From the human T2T-CHM13v2.0 reference genome, Homo sapiens: a stretch of 64,000 bases of DNA. A program made the position numbers and the translations under genes. The stretch lies in NCBI RefSeq assembly GCF_009914755.1, contig NC_060939.1; one strand, written 5' to 3'. The notes beneath the pieces were generated by a model. That model was not told where the DNA came from. It saw nothing but the letters and a program-made list of their open reading frames with translations, and made no database searches. Positions 42,601 to 58,614 of the stretch are shown piece after piece; position 1 is the first letter of the stretch; each line of letters begins with the position of its first letter.

Positions 42601-44859
42601 ACAAAAGCTCACACAGCTCAAAGGTACCAGAGGCCAGCAAAAGCCATGCCACCACGGAGCCTGAGCAGACTGAGCCGGAGCAGAGAGAGCCCACACCCTA
42701 TCCTGATGAGAGAAGCTTTCAGTATGCAGACATCTATGAGCAGATGATGCTTACTGGGCTTGGCCCTGCATGCCCCACTAGAGAGCCTCCACTTGGAGCA
42801 GCTGGGGATTGGCCCCCATGCCTCTCAACCAAGGAGGCAGCTGCCGGCCGAAACACATCTGCAGAGAAGGAGCTTTCATCTCCTATCTCACCCAAGAGCC
42901 TCCAGTCTGACACTCCAACCTTCAGCTATGCAGCCCTGGCAGGACCCACTGTACCCCCAAGGCCAGAGCCAGGGCCAAGTATGGAGCCCAGCCTCACCCC
43001 ACCTGCAGTTCCCCCCCGTGCTCCTATCCTGAGCAAAGGCCCAAGCCCCCCTCTTAATGGTAACATCCTGAGCTGCAGCCCAGATAGGAGGTCCCCATCC
43101 CCCAAGGAATCAGGCCGGAGTCACTGGGATGACAGCACTAGTGACTCAGAACTGGAGAAGGGGGCTCGGGAACAGCCAGAAAAAGAGGCCCAATCCCCAA
43201 GTCCTCCTCACCCCATTCCTATGGGGTCCCCCACATTATGGCCAGAAACTGAGGCACATGTTAGCCCTCCCTTGGACTCACACCTGGGGCCTGCCCGACC
43301 CAGTCTGGACTTCCCTGCTTCAGCCTTTGGCTTCTCCTCATTGCAGCCAGCTCCCCCACAGCTGCCCTCTCCAGCTGAACCCCGCTCGGCACCCTGTGGC
43401 TCCCTTGCCTTCTCTGGGGATCGAGCTCTGGCTCTGGCTCCAGGACCCCCCACCAGAACCCGGCATGATGAATACCTGGAAGTGACCAAGGCCCCCAGCC
43501 TGGATTCCTCACTGCCCCAGCTCCCATCACCCAGTTCTCCTGGGGCCCCTCTCCTCTCCAATCTGCCACGACCTGCCTCACCAGCCCTGTCTGAGGGCTC
43601 CTCCTCTGAGGCTACCACGCCTGTGATTTCAAGTGTGGCGGAGCGCTTCTCTCCAAGCCTTGAGGCTGCAGAACAGGAGTCTGGAGAGCTGGACCCAGGA
43701 ATGGAACCAGCTGCCCACAGCCTCTGGGACCTCACTCCTCTGAGCCCAGCACCCCCAGCTTCACTGGACTTGGCCCTAGCTCCAGCTCCAAGCCTGCCTG
43801 GAGACATGGGTGATGGCATCCTGCCGTGCCACCTGGAGTGCTCAGAGGCAGCCACGGAGAAGCCAAGCCCCTTCCAGGTTCCCTCTGAGGATTGTGCAGC
43901 CAATGGCCCAACTGAAACCAGCCCTAACCCCCCAGGCCCTGCCCCAGCCAAGGCTGAAAATGAAGAGGCTGCGGCTTGCCCTGCCTGGGAACGTGGGGCC
44001 TGGCCTGAAGGAGCTGAGAGGAGCTCCCGGCCTGACACATTGCTCTCCCCTGAGCAGCCAGTGTGTCCTGCAGGGGGCTCCGGGGGCCCACCCAGCAGTG
44101 CCTCTCCTGAGGTCGAAGCTGGGCCCCAGGGATGTGCCACTGAGCCTCGGCCCCATCGTGGGGAGCTCTCCCCATCCTTCCTGAACCCACCTCTGCCCCC
44201 ATCCATAGATGATAGGGACCTCTCAACTGAGGAAGTTCGGCTAGTAGGAAGAGGGGGGCGGCGCCGGGTAGGGGGGCCAGGGACCACTGGGGGCCCATGC
44301 CCTGTGACTGATGAGACACCCCCTACATCAGCCAGTGACTCAGGCTCCTCACAGTCAGATTCTGATGTCCCGCCAGAAACTGAGGAGTGTCCGTCCATCA
44401 CAGCTGAGGCAGCCCTCGACTCAGATGAAGATGGAGACTTCCTACCTGTGGACAAAGCTGGGGGTGTCAGTGGTACTCACCACCCCAGGCCTGGCCATGA
44501 CCCACCTCCTCTCCCACAGCCAGACCCCCGCCCATCCCCTCCCCGCCCTGATGTGTGCATGGCTGACCCCGAGGGGCTCAGCTCAGAGTCTGGGAGAGTA
44601 GAGAGGCTACGGGAGAAGGAAAAGGTTCAGGGGCGAGTAGGGCGCAGGGCCCCAGGCAAGGCCAAGCCAGCGTCCCCTGCACGGCGTCTGGATCTTCGGG
44701 GAAAACGCTCACCCACCCCTGGTAAAGGGCCTGCAGATCGAGCATCCCGGGCCCCACCTCGACCACGCAGCACCACAAGCCAGGTCACCCCAGCAGAGGA
44801 AAAGGATGGACACAGCCCCATGTCCAAAGGCCTAGTCAATGGACTCAAGGCAGGACCAA
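36675..44859 (+). CDS. MAP1A: MAP1A giant exon 5 (8185 bp); short-isoform start MDGVAEF at 36825
   Basis: ctag|ATT ... CCA A|gtaagt; contains the MAP1 homology region (FPGGRGDSALFAVNGFNILVDGG), KKE basic repeats, EQKD heptads, Pro-rich region and start of light chain LC2. Exon sums give 3041 aa (long) and 2803 aa (short). Confidence 0.98.
37990..38210 (+). repeat. Coding K/E-rich (KKE-type) repeats, MAP1A microtubule-binding region
   Basis: EEKKDKEKKEIKKERKELKKDEGRKEEKKDAKKEEKRKD. Confidence 0.85.
40905..41545 (+). repeat. Coding 21-nt (heptad) tandem repeat, consensus ALEQKDK
   Basis: Degenerate repeats of (g)ccctggaacagaaggacaa; ALEQKDK in translation. Confidence 0.92.
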
Positions 44860-45000
44860 GTAAGTATATCATGAAACTTGGCAGAGAGTGTGGGTTAGGG
44901 CTGGGTGTGGGCTGGTCAGACTTCAGGAGTGGGACAGAGGGGAAGGTTGCCAAAAGGGTTCTACTTTTCCTCTACAATGAATCCTGGCTTGTCTCTACAG

Positions 45001-45221
45001 TGGCCTTGAGTTCCAAGGGCAGCTCTGGTGCCCCTGTATATGTGGATCTCGCCTACATCCCGAATCATTGCAGTGGCAAGACTGCTGACCTTGACTTCTT
45101 CCGTCGAGTGCGTGCATCCTACTATGTGGTCAGTGGGAATGACCCTGCCAATGGCGAGCCAAGCCGGGCTGTGCTGGATGCCCTGCTGGAGGGCAAGGCC
45201 CAGTGGGGGGAGAATCTTCAG
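45001..45221 (+). CDS. MAP1A: MAP1A exon 6 (221 bp), light chain LC2
   Basis: ctacag|TG GCC ... CTT CAG|gtgagt; PVYVDLAYIPNHCSGK...ALLEGKAQW, the conserved MAP1 C-terminal domain. Confidence 0.96.
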
Positions 45222-45419
45222 GTGAGTAGCAAAGGACACCAAGGAAGTAGTCTGGTCAACGCTCACTCAGAGGCAGTAGTGGAACACAGTCCCTATTTAT
45301 TAAAGGATGGGCCTTTTCTAAGGGCAGCAGAGCTGCTTCTGAGACCATGAGGTGCCCCTTCCCCCTCACCTACCTTCCCTTTATGTTCTCACATCAGACA
45401 TATCTTATCTCCCTTCTAG

Positions 45420-45575
45420 GTGACTCTGATCCCTACTCATGACACGGAGGTGACTCGTGAGTGGTACCAACAAACTCATGAGCAGCAGCAACAACTGAAT
45501 GTCCTGGTCCTGGCTAGCAGCAGCACCGTGGTGATGCAGGATGAGTCCTTCCCTGCCTGCAAGATTGAGTTCTGA
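45420..45575 (+). CDS. MAP1A: MAP1A last coding exon
   Basis: ctag|GTG ACT CTG ATC CCT ... VVMQDESFPACKIEF-TGA, the hallmark MAP1 C-terminus. Confidence 0.97.
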   Translation: MTLIPTHDTEVTREWYQQTHEQQQQLNVLVLASSSTVVMQDESFPACKIEF

Positions 45576-46965
45576 AAGAGCCGCCCTCCCTTCCCCAAGG
45601 ATCCACTCCCCCAGCTCCTTTAGAGAATGGCTACTGCTGAGTCCTTTGGGGTTGAGGGAGATGGGAGCTAGGGGGAGGGGAGGGAGATGTCTTGTTGTGG
45701 GGACTTGGGCTGGGCTAAATGGGAGGGGTTGTCCCTCCCCATCATCCATTCCTGTGAGGTGTCTCAAACCAAAGTTAACAGGGAGAGGATGGGGGAGGGG
45801 ACAAATTAGAATAGGATAGCATCTGATGCCTGAGAACCCTCTCCTAGCACTGTCAAATGCTGGTATTGAATGGGGACTGAGGATGGGTCTCAGAGAGCAA
45901 CCTCCTCCCTCGTAGAGGGAGATTATATCCCCAACTCCAGGGACCTCTTTATCTCAATCTATTTATTTGGCATCCTGGGAAGGATTTCCAATAGTAATTT
46001 ATGTGACCTGGGGCAGGATACCGTCAGTGAGGTGCCCAGAGCTGCACCCTTTCCTCCATTTCCCATCCCCCATCTCCTCAACCACCAGGGTCTGAGTTCT
46101 AGCAGGGTCCTGGGGGTATCCCACTGCTATACTGTTCTACTGCTTCCCTCAGTATCTGAATGTCTCAATTTAAAACTTGAAGCTCTTTAGACCAATAGAC
46201 TGGTGAGAGGAGAAAGGAGCTTATCCCCCAGACCCTGCTTTATACCATTCACATCCCAGGGCTGTGTCCAGACAGCACAAAACGGCAAGGAGAGCCCAAG
46301 CCCCAATGCCAGAATTCTTCCAAACTCCCTGACTCTTTGAAGTTTTTACTCACCCCATTTCAATTATCCTGATCCCTTCTCATCCCCTGCTTGGCTTCTC
46401 TGCATGTGGTCATCTGCTGTGGCTTGGTGTTTAATGGGTTAAAAATAAGCCACTGCCTGACATCCCAACATTTGACACCCCAGCAATGTGTGACTCCCCC
46501 AACATTCCACTATGCCATCCTGCAGCTGAAATGGGAACACTGGCTGCCTCTCCAAACCCGCTCTTGGACAGAGGATCTGGGAGGTGGAAGCCAGGCCAGA
46601 GGACTTGGGGAAAATGAGATGGAGGAAGGAAAAAGGGAGAAGCTGAGCCACAGCTTAACTCCTACAGAGTGAAATGAAAACGGGCTGAAAATACCACCCC
46701 AGGAGAGGACCTCGCCCCAAGCAAGCCAGTGAGCAGCCCTGCCAGACTACTGCCAGACTGAGAAACCCAGAAGCTGGTAGTCATGTGGGCTTGCCTTCTC
46801 TGCCAAACGACTGGGAAACCAAAATGAGCCCACCTTGTGTTCTTCCTAGCTCCACCCTCCCCGTGCTGCTGTGTTCTGCTCCTCCCCACGCTTCCCTGCT
46901 ATAGTTCCCAGCTGCTGTAACGGAGCCACCTCCAACTCTAACAATAAACCAAGTTCATTGCAGAT
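45576..46965 (+). terminator. MAP1A: MAP1A 3' UTR with polyadenylation signal
   Basis: Repeat-free ~1.4 kb; AATAAA at 46943-46948 followed by GT/T-rich downstream sequence. Confidence 0.85.
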
Positions 46966-47680
46966 AGTGTAGTGCTGCTTAGGCTTTTTCTGACTCCATA
47001 CATGCTTAGTTACTGGGCCCTGGCTTCTACCTCTCTGCTTCAACCAGTATTGAATTTATCTTGGAAGACTCCAATGCTTTTGATTACTGGAAACACTTGT
47101 GCCTGAGTATGAAGAATAGGAGCCTAGGGTGGATACATACATCTGGTCTGGGGGAGGGAAGAGGGGCAGAAGGCCTCCTGGGAAGGGGATATGCATTCCG
47201 TGGGGTCAAGAGTTGAGGACCAAATAACCAGGATCAGCTACCCTGGACAGCCTCTTGGGCTAAAGGGGTAAAAAGCTGAAGGACCCTAAGAGATCCAGAG
47301 CCTAATGAGGTTGGAAACAACTCTCCTTGTGCAGTCAGGATTTCCATGGAGTAAAACGGTCGACTTTCCTCCTCCATGGAAACCCTTTATAGTCCTAAGT
47401 ATGTCAGAAGTGGCCAGGTTATGAATGTGTATATTTGGGGAGGGGCATATTCTAGCCCTCCCACTGTTCTGGGCTCTCTCATGGTAAAGATGTCAAAGGA
47501 GCAGAGAAAGGGCATAGCCCCTTTATATAAACTCCTCCTGACACTCCATCAGAGTGAAAAATTAACAGGATGATTCCAAGAACTTGGTGAGAAGGCATGT
47601 ACCCTCTGGTGCTTCACAGAGAGGGAACCTCTTTCCAGTCCCCCATCCAACACTCTACTTACTCAATAAAGACCTTTTGG

Positions 47681-50024
<2,344 letters not shown>

Positions 50025-50827
50025 CTAATTTATCTCCTCAGGGACCTCCTGGGCCTGCAGATCAATCTCCTCAGGGAACTCTTGGGATGGTTTATCAATC
50101 TCAGGGATGCCCTGAGATAACAGATTGATCGCAGAAGTCTCCTGGGCCAGCCTGCCAACCTCCACAGAGAACTCCTGGTATGGCTGGATGACCTCCTCAG
50201 GGATCTCTTCAGCTGGGCTGCCAACTTCTACAAGGGTTTCCTGGACCAAGCTACCAACCCCTACATGGAACTTATGGACCAGCTTGCCAACCTCCACAGA
50301 GACCCCCTGGCATGGCTGGCTGACCTCCTCGGAGTTCTCCAGACATAGCTGGCAAACTTCCTCAGAGACTTTCTGGCACAGTTGGCTGGACTTCTGGCAT
50401 GGCTGGCTGATGTGAGGGACCTCCTGGCATGTGTGGTTACCATTGTCATGGTTCTCCTGGCATTGCTGGCTGATGTCAGGGACCTTCTGACATGGCTGGC
50501 TGAGCGCCTCAGAAATGTCCTGGCATGGCTGGCTGATGTCAGGGACCTCCTGACATGGCTGGCTGACCTCCTCGTATGGCTGGCTGGTTTCCATAGGTGG
50601 CACCTGTGGGGACTGATTTGGTTCAAAAAGCTCTTGCTCCCCTTCTATGGAGAGCTCTTGTGCTCCACTCCCAGGGGTCTCCTGGAGCAGCCCAAGGCCT
50701 TGATGTTCTTCAGCCACGTGTGAATTTAGGGAGGGTTGATCACTGAAGCCAAATTGGGAGTTACCATCTACTGTAGTAGGGGAAGAAGGACCAGCACTGG
50801 ACACAGTGCTAGAAGGGCCACTGCTGT
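50025..50827 (-). CDS. PPIP5K1: PPIP5K1 (diphosphoinositol pentakisphosphate kinase 1) last coding exon
   Basis: tttacag|AC AGC AGT GGC CCT...; (Y)SSGPSSTVSSAGPSSPT ... SQPCQ repeats ... QEVPEEIN-TAG (50027-50025). Confidence 0.93.
50030..50590 (-). repeat. Coding 10-11 aa degenerate repeats (SQPCQEVPDI / QEVPEEID) in the PPIP5K1 tail
   Basis: Recurrent ggcatggctggctga on the + strand. Confidence 0.85.
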
Positions 50828-51663
50828 CTGTAAAGCAAAGTCAAGAGATCAAGTTAGAGAAGCTGGAAGAGTAGGCTCTACCCTGTGCAGATAGTTCAAA
50901 TGCTAGAATTGTTGGCCTATGCTACTTATGTCTTGAGGGAAGAGTGTCCAAATTCTTCCTAAGTTAAGCAGAGACTCCTAAGTTTGCTTACCTCAGGAAC
51001 TGTCACCCTGGCCTAATGTATACTTTGAGAGTAACAATAAGGTACATCTAAGACTTCAGGAGAGAGTGCTAAGACCCACTTCATCTGGTTCTTTCACAAA
51101 TACACTCCCATCCCAATTCCAAGTTCCCAAGGCCTCTCATTCCTACTTTGGAAGCATATGAATACTTTAGCCCAGTGGTTCATAAACAAAATCATGAAAA
51201 AATTTTTTAAAATACTAATTTCCAGTTTTCAACTCCAGAGATTCTAATTCTATAGGTTTAGCGTAAAGGTGTAGTTTGGAGGAGGGAGGAGGAAGAAGGC
51301 AATATAATTTTGTTGGAACACTCTCATTTGAATCTGATGTACACCTTCTGTTAAGAATCATTCTTTAAAGCAATCAATGTATTTCTGGGGCAGAGGTAAT
51401 CATTATTTATAGCCCAAATGATAAGTTGGCAGAAGAATGTAGAAAAACCATGTAAATCAGAACAATAGGAAAGAAAATGGTTTACCTGGCTGGGTGCGGT
51501 GGCTCACGCCTGTAATCCCAGCACTTTGGGAGGCCGAGGCAGGCAGATCACTTGAGGTCAGGAGCTCTAAACCAGCCTGGCCAACATGGCAAAACCTTGT
51601 CTCTACTAAAAATACAAAAATTAGCCAGGCGTAGTGGCGGCTGTCTGTAATCCCAGCTACTCA

Positions 51664-51795
<132 letters not shown>

Positions 51796-52585
51796 TTACC
51801 CAAAAATGGAAGATGGCCATGGAATTTCTACATGGCAGTTCTTAACCTTTCTAGGGGTCAGTGGCCCCTTTGAGGTACTAAGTCAGATATCTTCCAGGAA
51901 AAATCTATATAAGAATATTCACACTAATCTTTACATGTGATTCCTGAAGCTCACAGACCCTACCCTGAAACCACATCTATGGATCCAGAGTTAAGACGCT
52001 TGTAAGTCTTGGGACATACAATGTTACAGGCTTGTGCATATTATATACACGGAAAACATTTAAAAACTGATTTCCTACATCCTGACAGTAGTGTAATAAA
52101 GACCTCAGAGTCTTCAATTACACTGTGGGATGATTCCTACTCCATCCTCTACTGCTTCATCGCCCTCTAGTACTTGACTAACCTACTTTTCCCTTGGTAA
52201 ACATCATTTTTGTTGATAATATTATAACGATATATTAAAGCACTATGGTATCAATAATGACAGATTCTGGGAAAAGGGAACATCAGAACATATTGCCATT
52301 GAAGAAAACCTTGAAAAGTTGGTAAACCTGAGCCTACAAAGGCTCAATCCATCATTGAGTTGAAGGTATGCTAGTTATCTCTCTTCTGTAAACAATCAAA
52401 GGAGGGGCTGGACACGGTGGCTCATACTTGTAATCCCAGCACTTTGGGAGGCCGAGGTGGGCAGATCACAAGGTCAGGAGTTCGAGACCAGCCTGACCAA
52501 CATAGTGAAACTCCTCCTCTACTAAAAATACAAAAAAAAATTAGCCAGGCATGGTGGCGCATGCCTGTAATCCCAGCTACAGCTA

Positions 52586-52693
<108 letters not shown>

Positions 52694-52928
52694 TCAAAAA
52701 AAAAAAAAAAAAAAAAAAAAAAGAATCAAAGGAGGCATGCTTCAAGCAGAAAAAGAAGCCAGACGCGGTGGCTCATGCCTGTAATCCCAACACTTTGGGA
52801 GGCTGAGGTGGGTGCATCACTTGAGATCAGGAGTTCGAAACCAGCCTGGCCAACATGGCAAAACCCCGTCTCTACTAAAAATACAAAAATTAGCCAGGTA
52901 TGGTGGCACGTGCCTGTAATCCCAGTTA

Positions 52929-53124
<196 letters not shown>

Positions 53125-54319
53125 CTATTTCTGATGCAGACATACAGACCCTAAAGAAGACGTTTACCAGTGAGGCTACACACCTGATACTGAGTCAAAA
53201 ATCTGATACTAGATGGAAAAAAAGAAAAAGAAAAGATGTAAGCTGAGCTTTACCCAAGTAAAGAAGTAGCCTTAATATCCTGCTAGTGGTCTGATTCAGG
53301 CAAATCAAAAAGGTCAAACAGAAACAGAAGAGGGAGAAGGGTAAGATTTCCAGGGGCACAGAAATCATAAACACTCCAGGAAACAGGTAAAAAGGGCAAT
53401 GGCCCTACAAAGAGTGTAGGATAATCTGAAATTCAGGGGAGGAATTCTTGGTGTCAGAGAGGAAAGTTTCTTCCTCAAACAGGATGCCAGAAAAAGGGCA
53501 AAAATTCTACAACTGTTAAGTCCAATGCTGAATGAAGTAAGAATCTTTACTTCGGTCCTATCCAAATAAAATAATGAAAGGCATATTTGATTTCAGTTAT
53601 TCCCCGGAGGCAGGATGATACTTCACCAGTGCCTCTGGCCCATATTCCCACCTCCAATTACCACCAGTAGCTCCTCCTCTCTATAGTCACTCTAACAACT
53701 CTGTGTGGCTCCACTGTTCACATTGTTACCAAAAATAACTAGTGATAGATTAGAGATAATAAACAAGATGGGAAAAAGCAGCATCTCAACTTAAACTAAA
53801 AATTGAAAACAGGCAACAGAGAGAAGGGTTATGTAGAAATAAGTAGCAGATTCTAGTCTCTCCTGCTCCCAGCCTTTTTTGTTTGCTTGTTTTTGAGACG
53901 GAGTCTCACTTTGTTGCCCAGGCTGGAGTGCATTGGCGCCATCTCAGCTCACTGCAAGCTCTGCCATTCTCCTGCCTCAGCCTTCCGAGTAGCTGGGACT
54001 ACAGGCACCCACCACCACGCTCGGCTAATTTTTTGTATTTTTAGTAGAGACAGGGGTTTCACCGTGTTAGCCAGGATGGTCTCAATCTCCTGACCTCGTG
54101 ATCTGCCCGCCTCGGCCTCCCAAAGTGCTGGGATTACAGGCGTGAGCCATCATGCCCGGCCTCCTGCTCCCAGCTTTTCTAAATATCTAGGTTGTCTGCT
54201 AGTCATCTTTACTGGAGAAAACTGTAGAGATCAAATAGGGATGAAAGGGGAATGAAGTCTCCATTCTTTCTTCCCCAAAGAGCGCTTTGAGGAAGAACTT
54301 CTCTCCAAATTAGAAATTA

Positions 54320-54547
<228 letters not shown>

Positions 54548-54819
54548 TCAAAAAAAAAAAACAATTATTCCTAATACTGCAGAAAACCTTCTCTCCAATG
54601 AAATAGAAGGAACATGGAGAACAGAGGTAAAGAGGTAAAGAGAGAGAATAAACAGATTCTCCTTTCATCTTAGAAATGGCAGATGAGACTGCTTCCCAGA
54701 ATGGATATTCCTGGTCTTTCAAGCCCCACCTTCTTTGACCTCATGCAACAGGCCCCTCATTCACCAATCACTCCAGTCTTCATGACTTTTGTCTAGGCAG
54801 TTCCAAAAGGATTACTTAC

Positions 54820-54933
54820 ACCAAGGGGGCTTCTCAGAGCGCTGCTGGAGTTGCAGGGGAGGTGAATGAAGAGTACGTGGTGGAGAAAATGGGTTATCTG
54901 AGGCCTGGCTGCTGTGCATGGAATCAAAGAGGG
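54820..54933 (-). CDS. PPIP5K1: PPIP5K1 penultimate coding exon (114 bp); gene continues beyond the right edge
   Basis: Long pyrimidine tract, ttccag|CC CTC TTT GAT ... CCT TGG T|gtaagt; LFDSMHSSQASDNPFSPPRTLHSPPLQLQQRSEKPPW joins in frame to the last exon. Confidence 0.92.
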
Positions 54934-55361
54934 CTGGAAAGGAGGTAGGGTGAAGGGAGAGGGAAGAAAAAAAGACATATGAGGAAGAATCCAGGAGCCA
55001 CACGTTCTCAACATAAGTCAAAGCCAACTTACCCTTCCTTGGCTGAGAAGTAGCATTTCCTGGGGACCCTTCAACCAAACCATTTTCAATTTTTTAAACG
55101 TTATATTATGAACATTTTCAAACATATATTTTTAAAAAGTAGTTGAAAGACTGCTGCAGTCAATGCCCATATACCCGTCTCCTAGATTTAACACACTGAC
55201 ATTTTTGCCATACTTGTTTCATCTATTTCTGCATGCTAAAGTGTTTTAAAATAAATGACAGACATTATGAAACATGTCACCTCTAAATACTTCAAAATGC
55301 ATCTCTAAAATATAAGAAATGGCTGGGTGCAGTGGCTCATGCCTGTAATCCTAACACTTTA

Positions 55362-55648
<287 letters not shown>

Positions 55649-55940
55649 TCATGCCTGTAAACCAGCACTTTGGGAGGCCAAGGTGGGTGGATCACTTGAG
55701 GCCAGAAGCTCAAGACAAGCCTGGTCAACATGGAGAAACCCCGTCTACTAAAAATGTAAAAATTAAGGCCGGGCACAGTGGCTCACGTCTGTAATCCCAG
55801 CACTTTAGGAGGCCGGGGCAGGCAGATCACGAGGTCAGGAGTTCAAGACCAGCCTGACCAACATGGTGAAACCCCGTCTCTACTAAAAATACAAAAATTA
55901 GCCGGGTGTAGTGGCACATGCCTGTAATCCCAGCTATTTA

Positions 55941-56060
<120 letters not shown>

Positions 56061-57994
56061 TTAGCTGGGTGTGGTGGTACATGACTGTAATCCCAGCTAT
56101 TTGGGAGGCTGAGGCATGAGAATCACTTGAACCCAGGAGGCAGAGGTTGCACAGTGAGCAGAGATTGTGCCACTGCACTCTACCATGGGCGACAGAGAGA
56201 GACTCTGTCTCAAAAAAAAAAAAAAAAAAAAGAGAAGAGAAAAGATATATATAAAGAAATTTTTCCAACATAGCCAAACACCATTAACAAGCTAAACAAA
56301 ATTAAAAATTATTGCCTAGTATCATTCAATACCCAGTCCATATTCAAATTTTCCCAATTATTCCCCCAAATGTCTTTTATAAAAGCATCCAAACATGAAC
56401 CATGCACTGCATCTCGTTATGTCTTTGAAGTGTCTTTTAATCTAGAATAGTGCAGCCTCTCCTTTTTTCATAGTAACTTTTTTGAGACAGGGTCTCGCTG
56501 TCACCCAGGCTGGAGTGCAGTGGTGTGATCACAGCTCACTGCCGTCTTGACCTCCTGGCTCAAGCGATCATCACACCTCAGCACCTTGAGTAGCTGGGAC
56601 TACAGGCACATATCACCACTCCTGGCTAATTTTTTGTATTTTAGTAGAGATGGGCTTTTACCATGCTGCCTAGGCTGATCTTGAACTCCTGGGCTCAAGC
56701 AATGTGCCCGCCTCAGCCTTCCAAAGTGTTAGGATTACAGGCGTGAGCCACCATCCCCAGCCCATAGTAACTTTTTGAAAAGAAGGTCAGGCACGGTGGC
56801 TCATGCCTGTAATCCCAGCACTTTGGGAGGCCGAGGCGGGTAGATCACCTGAGGTCAGGAATTCAAGACCAGCCTGGCCAATATGGAGAAATTCCATTTC
56901 TACAAAAAATACAAAAACTAGCCAGGCGTGGTGGTGGGCGCCTGTAATCTCAGCTACTTGGGAGGCTGAAGCAGGAGAATCACTTGAACCTTGAACCCGG
57001 GAGGCAGAGGTTGCAGTAAGCCAAGATCATGCCACTACACTCCAGCCTGGGCAACAAAGCAAGACTCCATCTCAAAAAAGAAAAAAAAAAAAAGAGAGAA
57101 AAGAGAAAAGAACAGGCCAGTTGTCTTTGCAGAAGGTCATGTCCCACATTCTGGACTTGTCTAATTGTTTCCACATAGAATCATTTAACTTATTTCACTA
57201 TCCCTTGTATTTCCTATTAACTGGAAATTGATCTAACTTAACTGATTTATGTTAAATAATTTTGTTAAGAATACTTTAAGAGGTGATCCCATGTGCTGTA
57301 TATTGCATCATACTGGAGGCATATTGCCTCATTGTCCCATTATAAGTAAGGCTAAGTTTACTAACTAGGTTAAGGTGGCACCAACAAGATCTCATTGTGA
57401 AGCTTTCCCCTTCTGATTAGGGGTGATCCTTTGAGGAATGTCTAGTTCTCCACCATCAACTGGCATATTCTCTGTAAAGAAGAGCTTTCCTTCTGCAAAT
57501 GGGACTATTTGATTATACTGAACTACAGTTCTCACTGAAAAGGCAGAATGTTTATTTCCCTTTAATTGGTTTTCAGAGTAGAGAGTTAGTGAAAAATATT
57601 TTCCAATAGTGCTGGATGAGTATTAATTTGTCTTATTTACTTAATTTTGGCGGGGGGGGGGGCAGAGTCTTGCTCTGTCACCCATGCTGGAGTGCTGTGG
57701 TACGATCACAGCTCACTGCAGCCTCAAACTCCCAGGTTCAAGCGATCCTCCAACCTCAGCTTCCTGAGTAGCTCAGACTACAGGCGCATAGCACAATGCC
57801 TAGCTCATTTCTGTATTTTTGTAGAGATGGGGTTTCACCATGTTGCCCAGGCTGGTCTCGAACTCCTGAACTCAAGTGATTCCCCTGCCTTGGCCTTCGA
57901 AAGTGCTGGGATTACAGGTGCATGAGCTACCTCACCTAGCACCCAGCTCTTGTTTTCATTCATTATGAGCTTGTGGATTTTTATTATATATATT

Positions 57995-57996
<2 letters not shown>

Positions 57997-58051
<55 letters not shown>
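57997..58051. repeat. (TG)n microsatellite, ~27 units
   Basis: Directly visible, at the tail of an antisense Alu. Confidence 0.97.
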
Positions 58052-58053
<2 letters not shown>

Positions 58054-58614
58054 AGAGACAGGCTCTTACTCTGTCAGTGGCTGGAATGCAGTGATGCTAG
58101 CACAGTTCACTGCAGCCTCAAACTCCTGGGCTCAAGCAATCCTCCAACATCAGCCCACTGAGTAACTAGGACTATAGGTGTGTGCCATCATGCCTGGCTA
58201 ACTTTTTAATTTTCTTAGAGATAAGATCTAGCTATGTTGCCCAGGCTGGTCTAAATTCCTAGGCTCAAGCGATACTCCCACTTCAGCCTCCTGAGTAGCT
58301 ACATTCAGTGTACTTCAATCAACTACATAATTATTCTTTTTAATGCCCAAATTGTCCCAATTTTGGTCACTGGGAGCCTCTTTGGGCTTGATTGTTTCCT
58401 TGCTTTCCTTTACAACATGCTGCAAGATCATCCTGGGCTTTCTTTGCCCTCAGCCATGCATTCCAAACAAAATTGGTTCTTGGTGGGGGTAACAAAATCT
58501 TAGCTATTCCAATGGTAAATGGTCACAATACATAAACAGATATATGATATATCTGTGGTGTTAAAATTTCATGTGGTAGGAGGTAATTAGGAAAAAAAAT
58601 TCTAAACAAACTGC

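Noticed and set aside
43208-44455. 415-aa antisense ORF (and other antisense ORFs at 36671-45767)
   Set aside because: Expected shadow of GC-rich, Pro/Ser-rich MAP1A codons; no independent promoter, splice or homology evidence
36684-45350. 2888-aa single ORF as a real protein
   Set aside because: It starts at a TTG inside exon 5 and runs through intron 5 into intron 6; the true CDS is spliced (canonical GT-AG sites and the FPACKIEF terminus in the next exon)
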